DNA of 64,000 bases from Bugula neritina (Eukaryota > Animalia > Bryozoa): contig OZ037767.1 in assembly GCA_964035545.1 (NCBI GenBank), positions 8,752,581-8,816,580 on the forward strand. Reading direction: 5' to 3'. Position numbers and translations under genes: made by a program. Below are positions 26,510-38,500 of this stretch, in pieces. The notes under the pieces are model-generated. The model was given only the letters and a program-made list of their open reading frames with translations. It was not told the DNA's origin and ran no database searches. Numbering within the stretch: position 1 is the first letter of the stretch; every line of letters begins with the position of its first letter.

Positions 26510-29500
26510 ATGGCTGTACTTACCACAGCAGTTCTAGTGGCAATAGCAGTGGTGTTGCTGAGTTATAACTTCATAAAATGGCTGAAGGTGAGTAAGACAA
26601 ACAATCAATTTTACTAATTTATAAGCTGTCTGCTTGAAATCTAAATATTTTCCTATTTAAAAATTCACTGAACCAATAGCATAGGTTTATGTTTTCTAAA
26701 TATAAGCATTTTGGGATGCTGCTTGTTAGGTGAAGCATCAACTACTCTAGTTTTGTAGCAGCGGCAGCCTACCTGCTCAAGCTTGCTACCTGCTTCTGAA
26801 ACCACCAATTAAACAATAGATTTAGGTCATTGCTCTTTCAGAAGCCACAAAATCAAATGGTTTATTTCAAAGTTAATAGCAATAAAAAGTGGAAGCTGTA
26901 GTTCATTTATCTGTTGTATGGTTTCGGGTTTTATGCAGTTTGTGTAGTATAAATTTTTAGCGGAGTTCTTTTTTTATCAAATTCCTTTTAAAGTTTATCT
27001 TCTGTGATTTCACTGCTTTGCTTGGTATGTAGTCTGTATTTTATCTGCTGTTTTGTTTATTTAAAAGAATCCTCTAAGGAAAATACCAGGTCCTACAGGG
27101 TTGCCACTATTTGGTAATACATTCTCTATTAATCCAAAAAAGCTTCACATGACACTGTATGACTGGGCAGAGAAATATGGAGATATTATGAAGATATCAC
27201 TATTCAACACTCCTGTAGTTGTGATTAACTCAACTGAGATGGCATATGAGGTCCTCGGAAGAACTGGTAATGTTGACGTAAACTCGATAACACACAATAT
27301 ATTAATAATAATAGTTATTAAATTAATATTCATATGAATGCATTAATTGTGCTACAGGAACAGATTTTCAAGGTAGACCAGAAAGTTTGCGGTCTGAAGT
27401 GTTGATTGGTAAAGATTTAGCTTTTGCTGTAAGTTATCAAAACATTTTATAGATGAATATTTTGAGATACTATTTAAACTTGCAAAGTAGCATCAGTTAT
27501 AAGTTGCTTGTAGAGCCCGTAGCACACAGCACCTAACTTTGGCATAACTCTTTGCTTCCATCTTAGTTCTTAGAGTGTATTAGAGAATAGAGTGCTGTGA
27601 ATACTAATTTAAACAATGCTGTGTTAGTTATTGGAAATATATTGCAAGTTGCACTCCAGCCAGCTGAGCTTTATAGACTTCCATAGATAAAAACACTCAA
27701 TTGTGGTTGCAGATTTCTAGATATGGGTGGTTTCCAATTTGAGTGATTGTTGGTCACGTGATCAAGATCTCTTGTTATTGTCTGAACCACTTGTTGCTTG
27801 CTGCTTTTGTAATATTCCTAAAGTAACTATAGGATTAGCAAAACTTCTGATCAACCTGATTCCACATAGTTTCATCATCAATTATTCAGTTTCTATAATT
27901 CCACCAGTAGGCAAGACTTGAAAAGGTGCTTGTAAGGAATGTAGCAGTGTGTCTTTTTAGGATGTGAGGAAACATGGATATCAGGAGATGCGGAGCATGT
28001 CTATAAAGGCTTTCAAAGCTTATGGTGAGGGCGTAGCTCATTTGGAGAAAATAATACAGGATGTCACAGCTAACCTTGTGCAAGATATCACCAAACATGA
28101 TGGAAAGCCATTGGACACTGACCAACTAGCCTACGGCTATTTCTGCTGTGTTATTGCATCAATAGTAAGAATATTTCACAGTATAAGTGTACGACAGTAG
28201 GATGCATGATAGAGTAGATTTCTGATCTAGTTATTTCTAAACTGTTGAAAAGTCACTTGTGGTAAGATTTTAGTTGTTGTGCTATTACAATTAACTTTGA
28301 TATTTCAAGTTGAAAAATCAAAGTTGATTTTCATGTTATTGAACCAGTTTGTCAAAAATACTACTCTTGTAGTTTGCCAGGACCAACATTATTTTCACAC
28401 AAAATTACTGCTAATGTGTTAATAGTTCAATATTTCTGGAAATTCTTCCCCCTGCTTTAAGGGAAGTTTGGAGCTTGTTGGTAAACACATTAAAAATATT
28501 AAATGAGAAAATTTATACCCATACATATTACCTACAAAATTATATTAATTTCTATCAATGTTATTCGTTCCACTTAAAGCAAGATAGCATGCTGCGCTGG
28601 TTTAGAAACTGTGTGTACATCAATGTCTGTAATTGACAATATTGATTGAAAATGTTAAACATTGATGTGAAGTTTTATGTGAAATAAATCAACTGCCAAT
28701 CTTTTTCAATTGCTAAAATTGCTTATGGAATAACACAATGTATTCACATAATGTATACTGTAGCTAGTTCACATGTATTAAATTAACCAAAGGCATTAAT
28801 TTTTGAAAATCTTCTAACTCTTGTGATGTGAATTGTAAGATATGACAACACTTCTAAAGGTCTCCTTCCTCATGAGAAATTTTTTGGCATCTTTGAAAAA
28901 TAAAAAAAATTTGTTACTCAGCTAAACTATATGCGAGGTTGTGAGACATGCTCTGCAACTTACTGCTAATATTATATATAAGTAGTATATGTGGAGCATT
29001 TGGGACCCCATCCCTGTGTTATATTCCCCATTACTCACACCGAGAAATCATTTTACTCACGGCTGGGGTAATTAATTATACATTAATTTTTTTATTTTTT
29101 TACTCATGCAAAATTATATGTAGAAAACTTGGGACCCCATCCCTGTGTTATATTCCCCATTACTCACACCGAGAAATAATTTTACTCACGGCTGGGGTAA
29201 ATAATTATACATTAATTTTTTCTTTGTTTTTTTTACTCATGCAAAATTATATGTGGAGCATTTGGGACCCCATCCCTGTGTTATATTCCCCATTACTCAC
29301 ACCGAGAATTCATTTTACTCACGGCTGGGGTAATTAATTATACATTAATTTTTTTCTTTGTTTTTTTACTCATGCAAAATTATATGTGGAGCATTTGGGA
29401 CTCCATTTTTGTGTTATATCCCAATTACTCTAAAACAGATGAACAGTTACTTTACTCTGTGTTAATATAAAAGTGAATATGAACCAAATAAAAGTTGTGA

Positions 29501-32500
29501 TATTTGAAATTATTTTTATTATTGTGGTAGATGTGAAAACAAGCACATATACTCAAGTCCATACCGTGCTAGCAAAATGACTAGATTTGTTCATTCATCT
29601 ATAGTTCATGATTTTGTATGGTCTACGTTGTCAGAGAATTGGTTGTGCTGCTCTCCTTTTTTTGTGGAAACAAAGCATGTGAAGCATTTTAAGAAAAAAT
29701 ATAAAATGTTAACCATAAACGAAGTTAAATTGTGTAAAAATCTTGGAAACATTTTAATATCATGTCCAAATTTTCCTCAAAACATCAACACATTTATTAA
29801 ATATATGCTCAGCATTTCAAATGTTTCAAGAGAAAACAAGTATTTTAAAATAATGTGCATCATTGTTCAGTTATCAGATTCATTGCTTGTTCAGCATGAT
29901 ATAAAGAAAATTGAAACTTTGATTGAGATATGTCAGCAACATATTGATAGTTCATGTAAGAGCAAGTATTTGTTTATTTTACATTTGCTTGGAATATTAA
30001 TGATGATAATATGTTTGTACATTACGTATAAACAGATATCTTATTAGGTAAGCTATATGTAAAAGCTTTATTCACATTATTTTTTGGACAAACAATGATC
30101 ATATACATTCGAAATATTATATTATACTAAATGCATTGAATAATATTCAAAGTATGGTGATATATAATTGGATTGCAAAGTGAAAGTATTCGTTGGTATA
30201 AGATAGGTTTTGTAATTTTGTAATAAATATTTTGAACATTTGTTTGTAAAGAAGTATTCAACTAGACATATAGTGCAAATAATTGGAGTCTTGTGAAAGT
30301 GTTGTTATTAATTATTATTATTATTATTGGTTGTATCACAGCTTTTTAGCTGGTGTAACCTTTTATAACCACAACCTAGTTTCACTAGGTCGATGGTATG
30401 ATTATTATTATTATTATGATTGTTATTGTTTGAAGTTACATAATGCATATTATAATAATATTATGCATGCATTGTGAAAACTTTCTTTTGCAGAACCCTA
30501 TAGTAGCTTGTCCATGCATGGATGTGTTTGAATAATTTGAGTATTTACATGCTTTTATATATTTCTTCTAAGATGATTAATTAAAATGAAGACAGGAAAT
30601 ATTTCAAGTGTTAACTTTGCCTTCCACAAAATTCCTTCATTATAGACAATCATGAGCTTTTTATAACCAATGAAACCAAAGCTTTTTCAACCATGAATTC
30701 AAGAGTTAACTACATTATTTTGCTAAATCATTCAAGCTTATCAGTTCATTTGTCATTCTTGTTTTGCAGAAAAGGAGTTTTGTGACAGTTGTTGTAATTA
30801 TTGGATACCACAGTTTACTAATGGACAAATTATTACAGAATGATATTCCATCGTCAACATTTCATAAAGCAATTTACAATAAAGTGCTACTTTACCAGAT
30901 ATGCAATCAAATATGGATTGAAACCAAAAAGCTTGCTTATTATTCATGTGAAGCTTGTCTTAACCCAAACAGAATATTTGCTCATACATGCTTACACATA
31001 TGGAATGAAACTCAGCTTTTAGACAATGGTTGGGCAAAAAACTTTACTGAAAAGTATTTCAAGGATGCATTAAATAATGTTTCTTGGAAGAAAATACAAT
31101 TGTATATGGAAAGGTATAATCATTTAAATAGAGACAATAGGAAATGTAACAAAATGTTTTGGATAACAAGAAGTCGAAGATTGTTTCTACAAAAAACACT
31201 ATTATCCTCTCTTAATAATATTGTCAAGGAAGAAGAACAATTTTATATACAAGTATAATAATTTGTTTAAAGGCAATGCATACATTTAAAAATTATTATT
31301 TACTTTTATACTCTAGTATTTACGTTTCTCATTCTATCACTGTGAATAACATAATAAAATAGAATGTTGATGTGAGTTGACAAAGTATGTTTTATAATTT
31401 CATCTTCAATTTTCATAAAAATTAAAGGTTTTGATTTTCTGGATTCATTTGAATATAGCATACCAACCATGCAACATCTCAGCTTGATGGAACAAATTTT
31501 CCGTCATCAAAAATCATTGCTAGCTATAATTTTTTGCTTAACGACAGCTCTAATTACTCTAACTGTTTATAACTCAGTTTCTGAAGAAAGTAAAGCAGTT
31601 GAATCAATTAAAAATTTACAAAAAATATTATTCTCAACCGATAATATTACATTACTTGAAAGAAATTCTACAATATAAATAAATGGAGAATAAAGAAATA
31701 GACATTTCCCTTCATTCGCCATTCACAGGAATTATTAACGGTAAACATTAATTACTAAACCAACTCACTTCCTAGCAATTTCCCCATTATTTTTTGTCAA
31801 GTCATGGATGGAATAAATTGATTAGATTGATTTAATTACAAATGCTTCCTATATAATTGGTTTAAGCGGATTAAAACCGTCTTAAGAAAATTAAATCTAA
31901 AATGATGAAGTATAAATGTTGCTAATGTATTATAAAATTGTGGTATTACAAAAATTAAAATAGATTCACAGGAGATTGATAAACTAAAAGTGTAAATGGA
32001 ATTAGCTTTTACTAAGATTATTTTTTGATTGCGTGTCAATAAAGCGGAAAAGAAAAATAAAGCGGACACAAATAATGATTTATCGCAGTCAAGTCTTATA
32101 CAGAATGTAGTTAAGCTTTATTTTGCAATTACCTAAAGTTTGTATAAACAATTTTTAGCTCAACTATTTTATTCAACTGCAGTAAAGTGAAATGAAACCA
32201 AGTTGGAAAACATAATTGTTGATACAGGTCCTACTGGATCCGGAAAAAGTGTTCTGATGAAAAAGATTTTGGAAAACAGCAACAGTCTTATATTCCCAAA
32301 TGTTGAAGAATGCATTATTAATTACAGTGTTTGGCAGACATTGTACGAACAAATTCAAGTTCCATTTCCAATTAAATTTTTAGAAGGAATTACAAATATT
32401 GAAGATATTCCAAGAGACAATAAGCATAGGCTAATTATTATTGACGATTTGATGAATACTTTATCTGAGTCACAAGAAGTGTGTGACCTGTATACAAAAT

Positions 32501-35500
32501 ATTCTCACCATTTGAATATTAGTGTAATTATATTAGTTCAAAATCTGTTTGAAAAAGGCAAGTATTTTCGAACAATAAGTTTAAACACTCATTATTTATG
32601 GTTGCTAAAGTCTGTTAGAGATACATCAATTATATCTACATTAGGAAGACAAATGATGAACTCAAAGTTTTTATCTAAATGCTACAAAGATGCAGTTAGC
32701 AAAAAATTTGGTCACCTATTTATTGACATGAAAGCCTCATCAGATGATAAATATAGAGTAAGATCCAATACATTTGATGAAGAAGTTGTGGTATATGTTG
32801 ATCAGTAGCTCAATAGATCATGACTTTTATTATTATAATTCTGTTTTTATCAATATTGCCATTTATTCTGCAAAGTTTTGCAATATTTTTTAAATATTTT
32901 CATACAAACAAAAAAACAAAAAAATATACATTTTCTTTTACAAATTTACTAATATCAAGAATTTTTTTCTTAGGTCCACCAAACAAGAGTATATCAAACT
33001 ATTTTGTTGAGTCAGTTTCAAGCAACAATATAATTTTATAAACAAAATTTATTTTCATAAATCTCTTGGAAGCATTCAGAAAAAAACAATGTTATATAAA
33101 AATGCTTTATATAAAACTGCTTATATAAAGGATGTTATATTTTTAAAAGTTTAACAATGTAATGCAGAAATCTTTAAAATTTTCAACTTTGTTAAAAGAA
33201 TGAAAAAAACTTATGTTGCAAATGTATTTTAAGATTGATTTCAAATATGTATTGTGAGTAGAGTTTAGAAAGCTAATCAAAAATTTTTAGTAATCTTAAG
33301 ATACGGAAGTAAAGGGTGCATCATAATAATATACTGAAAAATAGATTTTTTTATTCAATTTGAAGTGAGTCTTGAAGGATAACTTAAGTTTAAAGTAACA
33401 GTCATGGGTTAAATTTTTTTAGAAAAATTGTTCAACCTCTTAAGTTACCCATTGGCTAGCTGAAAACCAAAAAGCAATCGGATTGAATAGTTATTTTTAG
33501 TAGGAGGAGAATGAGTTAAGCATGATTAATTGAAATTTTTTGTATAAAATATCTATCTTTTCGATGTTTCACCATTATCAGTTTGTGATATCAATTAAAA
33601 ATCTGCCTCAAGTCAAAAGAAAATAAAATGTAAGTAATATTTCATATATAAATAATAAACAAAATTTTATGTGAAAATTAAATGAAATTATTAAAAGAAT
33701 TTTTTCTTTGTACGTAGCATCAAAAAATTATAAAGTTTGTGTTTAGATTTTAAATTAATGATTTTTAGAATAAATAAAAAATATGAGTGTTTTGGATGAT
33801 GGACTGGTTAAGTGTGGATATTGTGGAAATATTTGGGATGGCTGTGCACAGTGTGACTGCTATAACATTTTTCCAGAGATATATAATCGTGTTGAAGAAT
33901 CGAATCAAGTATGTTGACAAATATTATGTTTCTAGGTGCACCTAAATATTTAGTGAAACTTGATTATGTTATTTTGGAGTTACCCTTTCATGAATGTGTT
34001 AGTACTTGTTTTGTGGATATGCGGAGCTTGTCCACAAAACATAATGAATTATTCAAGCAGTAATGCAGTCATGAAGGGGCAACTCTAAAATACAATAGCA
34101 TCACAATATTATTAGCTATATATAAATATATATATTTTTTTGTTTTTATAATTTTTTACTTCTTGAAATATTTTAGAAAAGTTTTTTTTCTGTAAGTTTA
34201 TTTTGTGTTTGATAATTTCAAACCACTTTAACTTAATTATGTTTGTGCAAATATGCTTTTAATAAGTAATTTTTTTTTGTAGATGCCTCCAAAATCTCAA
34301 CTTAAAAAACTTGTGAAAACCTTTATCAATGATGAAGCAATTGAGGTGAATGATGGAGAATATGAGGAAGAAATGTCATCTCAACTTGTACCAAAAAAAT
34401 GTAAAGGAAAAGGAAAAGGCAGACCAACTGCAAAGGTGGGTGTTAACCAGGGTTGGGGTAATTGTAATTTGTAATTGTAATTGGTTGTAATTATTTACAT
34501 TTTTTCAAGTAATTGAATGTAATTTGTAATTGATGTATAAAAATGTAATTGTAATTAATTACATATTTAATGTAATTGATTTTTACAATTACTTTATAAT
34601 TACATGTCAATTACTTCAAACTTTGAAATCCTAAAAGTTTCATACTTTTCCTACCATGCCTACTGTTAAATAACAAATTCAGATTAATTGTCAATGTGGT
34701 ATAGTATTACTGTTGAGTACAAAGGAAGTTCAGCACTGTCAAAATTGCCCCTGCTAGTTGGACCCTAGAAGTGAAATTGCATAACTTCTATTTATCTCTT
34801 GCGAGAACAAAAGTAATTGTAATTGTAATTAATTACATTGCCATGTAATTGTAATTGTAATTAATTACATTACTATTTGACTGTAATTATAATTGTAATT
34901 GTAATTGACAAATTATCATGTAATTGTAATTGTAATTAATTACATTCACATGTAATTGACCCCAACCCTGGTGTTAACTTTTAATTCAGAAATTAACTTT
35001 GATTTTAAATGGATGAATTTTATTCACATAATTTAAACAATTTTTAAAATTTACAGACTTCTACAATTAAACGAAAGCTTGATTTGAGCAGCGACGACAA
35101 TGTAGAAGATGATATATCATCAAAACGCGCTTTGATGAACAAGGAGGCTCAACAAGAAATTGAGGATAATTTGGCCATGTTCAAAAAGTGGAGTGCCAAG
35201 ATGAACAAATATTCTTCTACATCTGCTTGCTCTGCAAGCACAAAAGGTTAGTATTTCTAGGTTAATGATATTGTAATCTGCGTAAATTTCATGAATATTC
35301 TGAGTATTTGATTATGTTAAAGGAAGTGATATCGAGGAGGTGGATTCAACTCCACGTAGGGTTCTTCTGCCGACACCTTCCTCTGCATCTACTATGACCA
35401 TTGCCAATTCACCACCACCACATCATTTTCAAAATCTATCATGTGATGATGATCATGTGTATACGATTCGCTTAGAGGATGCGAAAGTTGAGGACCTTCT

Positions 35501-38500
35501 TATAGAGGTAATTAATTTTTGAAGAGTTATATACAAGTTTATTTTTGATGTGTTTAGGGACCTATTTTTTTACTTTTATATCTTATTAACAAATTTTTTT
35601 CTTCTATGCAACTAAACTATTATAATATTTTATGCATGTAAATTTCTATGTTAAGGGAACTGGTAGATGGCTCTCAATTTACCACAAGCTTGACGACAAA
35701 AAGAGGAATATAATGATTGTTGCACGTAACCAACTCAGTCAGGGATGTAAGTAATTTTGCTATTTGTAGTTATTTAATATTTGTAAGTATGTGATTTGCC
35801 AAAATTACTCAAACGTTAATTTAACATAAAATAAATATATATATTTTTTTGTTTTAGTCTTGGCGCCACGAAAAAAGTGGGCTAATGGCGCATTTCAGGG
35901 AGACCCAATTGGCTATAATGTCAAACTGGCCCAGTCCAGTCATCTAGTCAAATTTATCCAAGGTATTGAGCGGGAAATAGCTGCAAAAGGTTATGTAGTC
36001 AAGAGTAGGACCAATTCCTCCCATACATACATCAGTGTTAGAGGAAATGCCATCAGTAGCGACACAACGTGAGTATACTATAAATATCCATATTATACTA
36101 AAAAAATTCTTTTTTATTTGAGTTCAAAATCGAAAAAATAACTGATTAAATTGCGTCATGTTAATTTACATAGGTTCTACAACCGTGACAAAGAAATCAC
36201 GTTTGAAGAGGCAGTTTCTATAAAAGACGAGCAGATGGAAGTATCTGTATGTATGGAATTGGAGAGTGTTGTGGAGATCGGAGAACTGAAGTTTGTAAGA
36301 GCTCGTGTGAACAGCATAAGAATGGAAAAGACATGCCGTCAACAACCAGAGAACAATCAGCATATTAACATTTGTAAGATGAAAAATTTTTTTGCCAGTG
36401 TATGACACATTTCGCCGAGTTTTGCATGTCATAGTTGTACTAGTGTGTTTTCGAGAACGTTTAATCTCCTAAGACATATTAAAACATTGCATACCTCTGT
36501 TCAACATTTCTTATGTCAAAACTGCAACACTCAATTCACTTCTGAAATTGACTTACAAATTCACCACAACACTTGCAATGAAAACTTATGTATTCAAATT
36601 GGGGGAGCACATTCATCTCATAATCACTCAGATAATGAAGAGGGTCAGACAACTTTTCAATCTCATAATAGTGATATTGATAATTTAATTAAAAATCGAT
36701 GGAACTCAATTAAATCGTATTTTAAGTGTAGAAAAATTGTTGACGTATACAATTTCCGCATGGTTAATCAAAAGAATGCATTTATACAAACCATAAAACA
36801 TGTATATATAACAAAAATAAAAACTCAAATTAAACTTCAATGCTGCATCGGATTTGTTCTAATTAATAATTCAACAAAGCAATTGAGATACTTTCACAGT
36901 TCTGTTAACAACACTGCATTGTTTTCCAAGCCTCAATCAGTTGGAAATCTTGAACAATTTTTACAAGTCTGTGAACAAATAAATCAAACAGATTTGCACC
37001 AGCATGCAATTTCTAAAAGACCAAACAGTTCATGGAGTGTTGCATTAATTACTAACATAACATTTTACTTCACTAAATTAACATTTGGCAAATTTGGTGC
37101 ACCAATTACTTTACCTAAACACATTGTGAGAAACAAATCAATTGTTTCGCTTACCTCTAACCATCATGGAAAATATAATGACAATCTATGTTTCTTTCGT
37201 GCTCTTGCTCTCAGCAAAATATGCAAATGTAAAACAAAATGCATGTGTGTCAAACGCATTGAGCAATTGACTCTCAAATTCTTTCGAAAGTTTTGTGCTG
37301 TAAAATCACTCCAGTGTAATAAAAAGTCATTTGAGGGTGTGGATATTCAAGATTTTGGTCTACTGGAAGAAATTTTCAATATAAAAATTACAGTTTACAC
37401 ATTGGATAGCTTTGGAGTGTCCTCAATTCTAGTACAGTCAATGAAATCAAACATGCATGAACTTAATTTATGCGCTTACAAAAACCACTTGTGCTATATT
37501 AAAAATGTTCAGACTTTTTGTAAATGCTTCAGGTGCAAGACCTGCTCCCAATGTTTTGACCGCAGATCAAATTTAACAAGGCACACAACTGGATGTGCCA
37601 AAGCGCAATCTCAATTAATTTACCCTCAAGAAACCTTTTTTCCTAAACCATCAATATTTGAAATTATTGAAGAGCAAACAGGAATAGCTATTCCACCTCA
37701 ATTAAGATTTTATCCATATCGTGCAACTTTTGACATTGAGTGTTACCTTGAACCAATTAGTAACTGTAATACATCTATGCTTTCTTTTACGTCTAACCAC
37801 AAGGTGATGAGCATCAGTGTTTGCTCTAATATTCCTGGCTATACTAGCCCACTATGCTTAGTATCAAATGGAAATGTTGATGAGCTCATGGAAGGTTTTG
37901 TAATTTACCTTGAGCTATTAAGTTCAGTTGCCAAACAGTTATGCCTAAAACAATTTGAAAACATTTTTAATGACCTTGAGACTGTCAAAAATGATCAGCT
38001 TTTATCAGAAAAAAATTTTCAAAGCATGAATTGGTCTAATCAGAAAGTTTACAATAACAGGTCTATTGAAAATCTAAAAATGCAACTAGAATCCTATTTT
38101 AGTGAGCTTCCAGTTATTGGTTTTAATAGCCAAAAGTACGATATAAATTGCATGAGAACCCCACTTGTTAGAAATCTATTGAAGCATGATAAAATTCAAT
38201 TTGTAATAAAAAGAAACAATGCAATGAAGTGTATCAAAACTAAACATTTAAAATTTCTTGACATCATTAATTTTATAGCTCCAGGGTTTTCATATGCAAA
38301 TTTCATCAAAGCATACAATTGTAGTATGAAGAAAGGCTTTTTCCCATATGAATATGTCACATCATTAGAAAAGCTCAATGAGAATTCTCTGCCTGCACAT
38401 GAAGCTTTCTACAGTAGTCTAACTCAATCAAATATCACAGCAGCAGACTATCAGAATTGTAAACAGGTTTGGCAAAACAAAAACATGCTCACAATGAAAG

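Larger units (their letters stand above)
28981..32401 (+). repeat. Left arm of the 3,421-bp inverted repeat
   Basis: All mirrored ORF pairs have coordinates summing to 71572 and identical translations; the match ends after 32401/39171. Confidence 0.95.

Noticed and set aside
28948-29337. 129-aa repetitive ORF and its mirror at 42235-42615
   Set aside because: They start in host flank and read through the terminal tandem repeats.
28986-29430. CRISPR-like appearance of the terminal array
   Set aside because: Whole units repeat with no unique spacers, and the context is eukaryotic.
32203-32227. ORF-track N-terminus of the ATPase
   Set aside because: TTG start within an intron; the spliced exon 31683-31740 gives the expected N-terminus.
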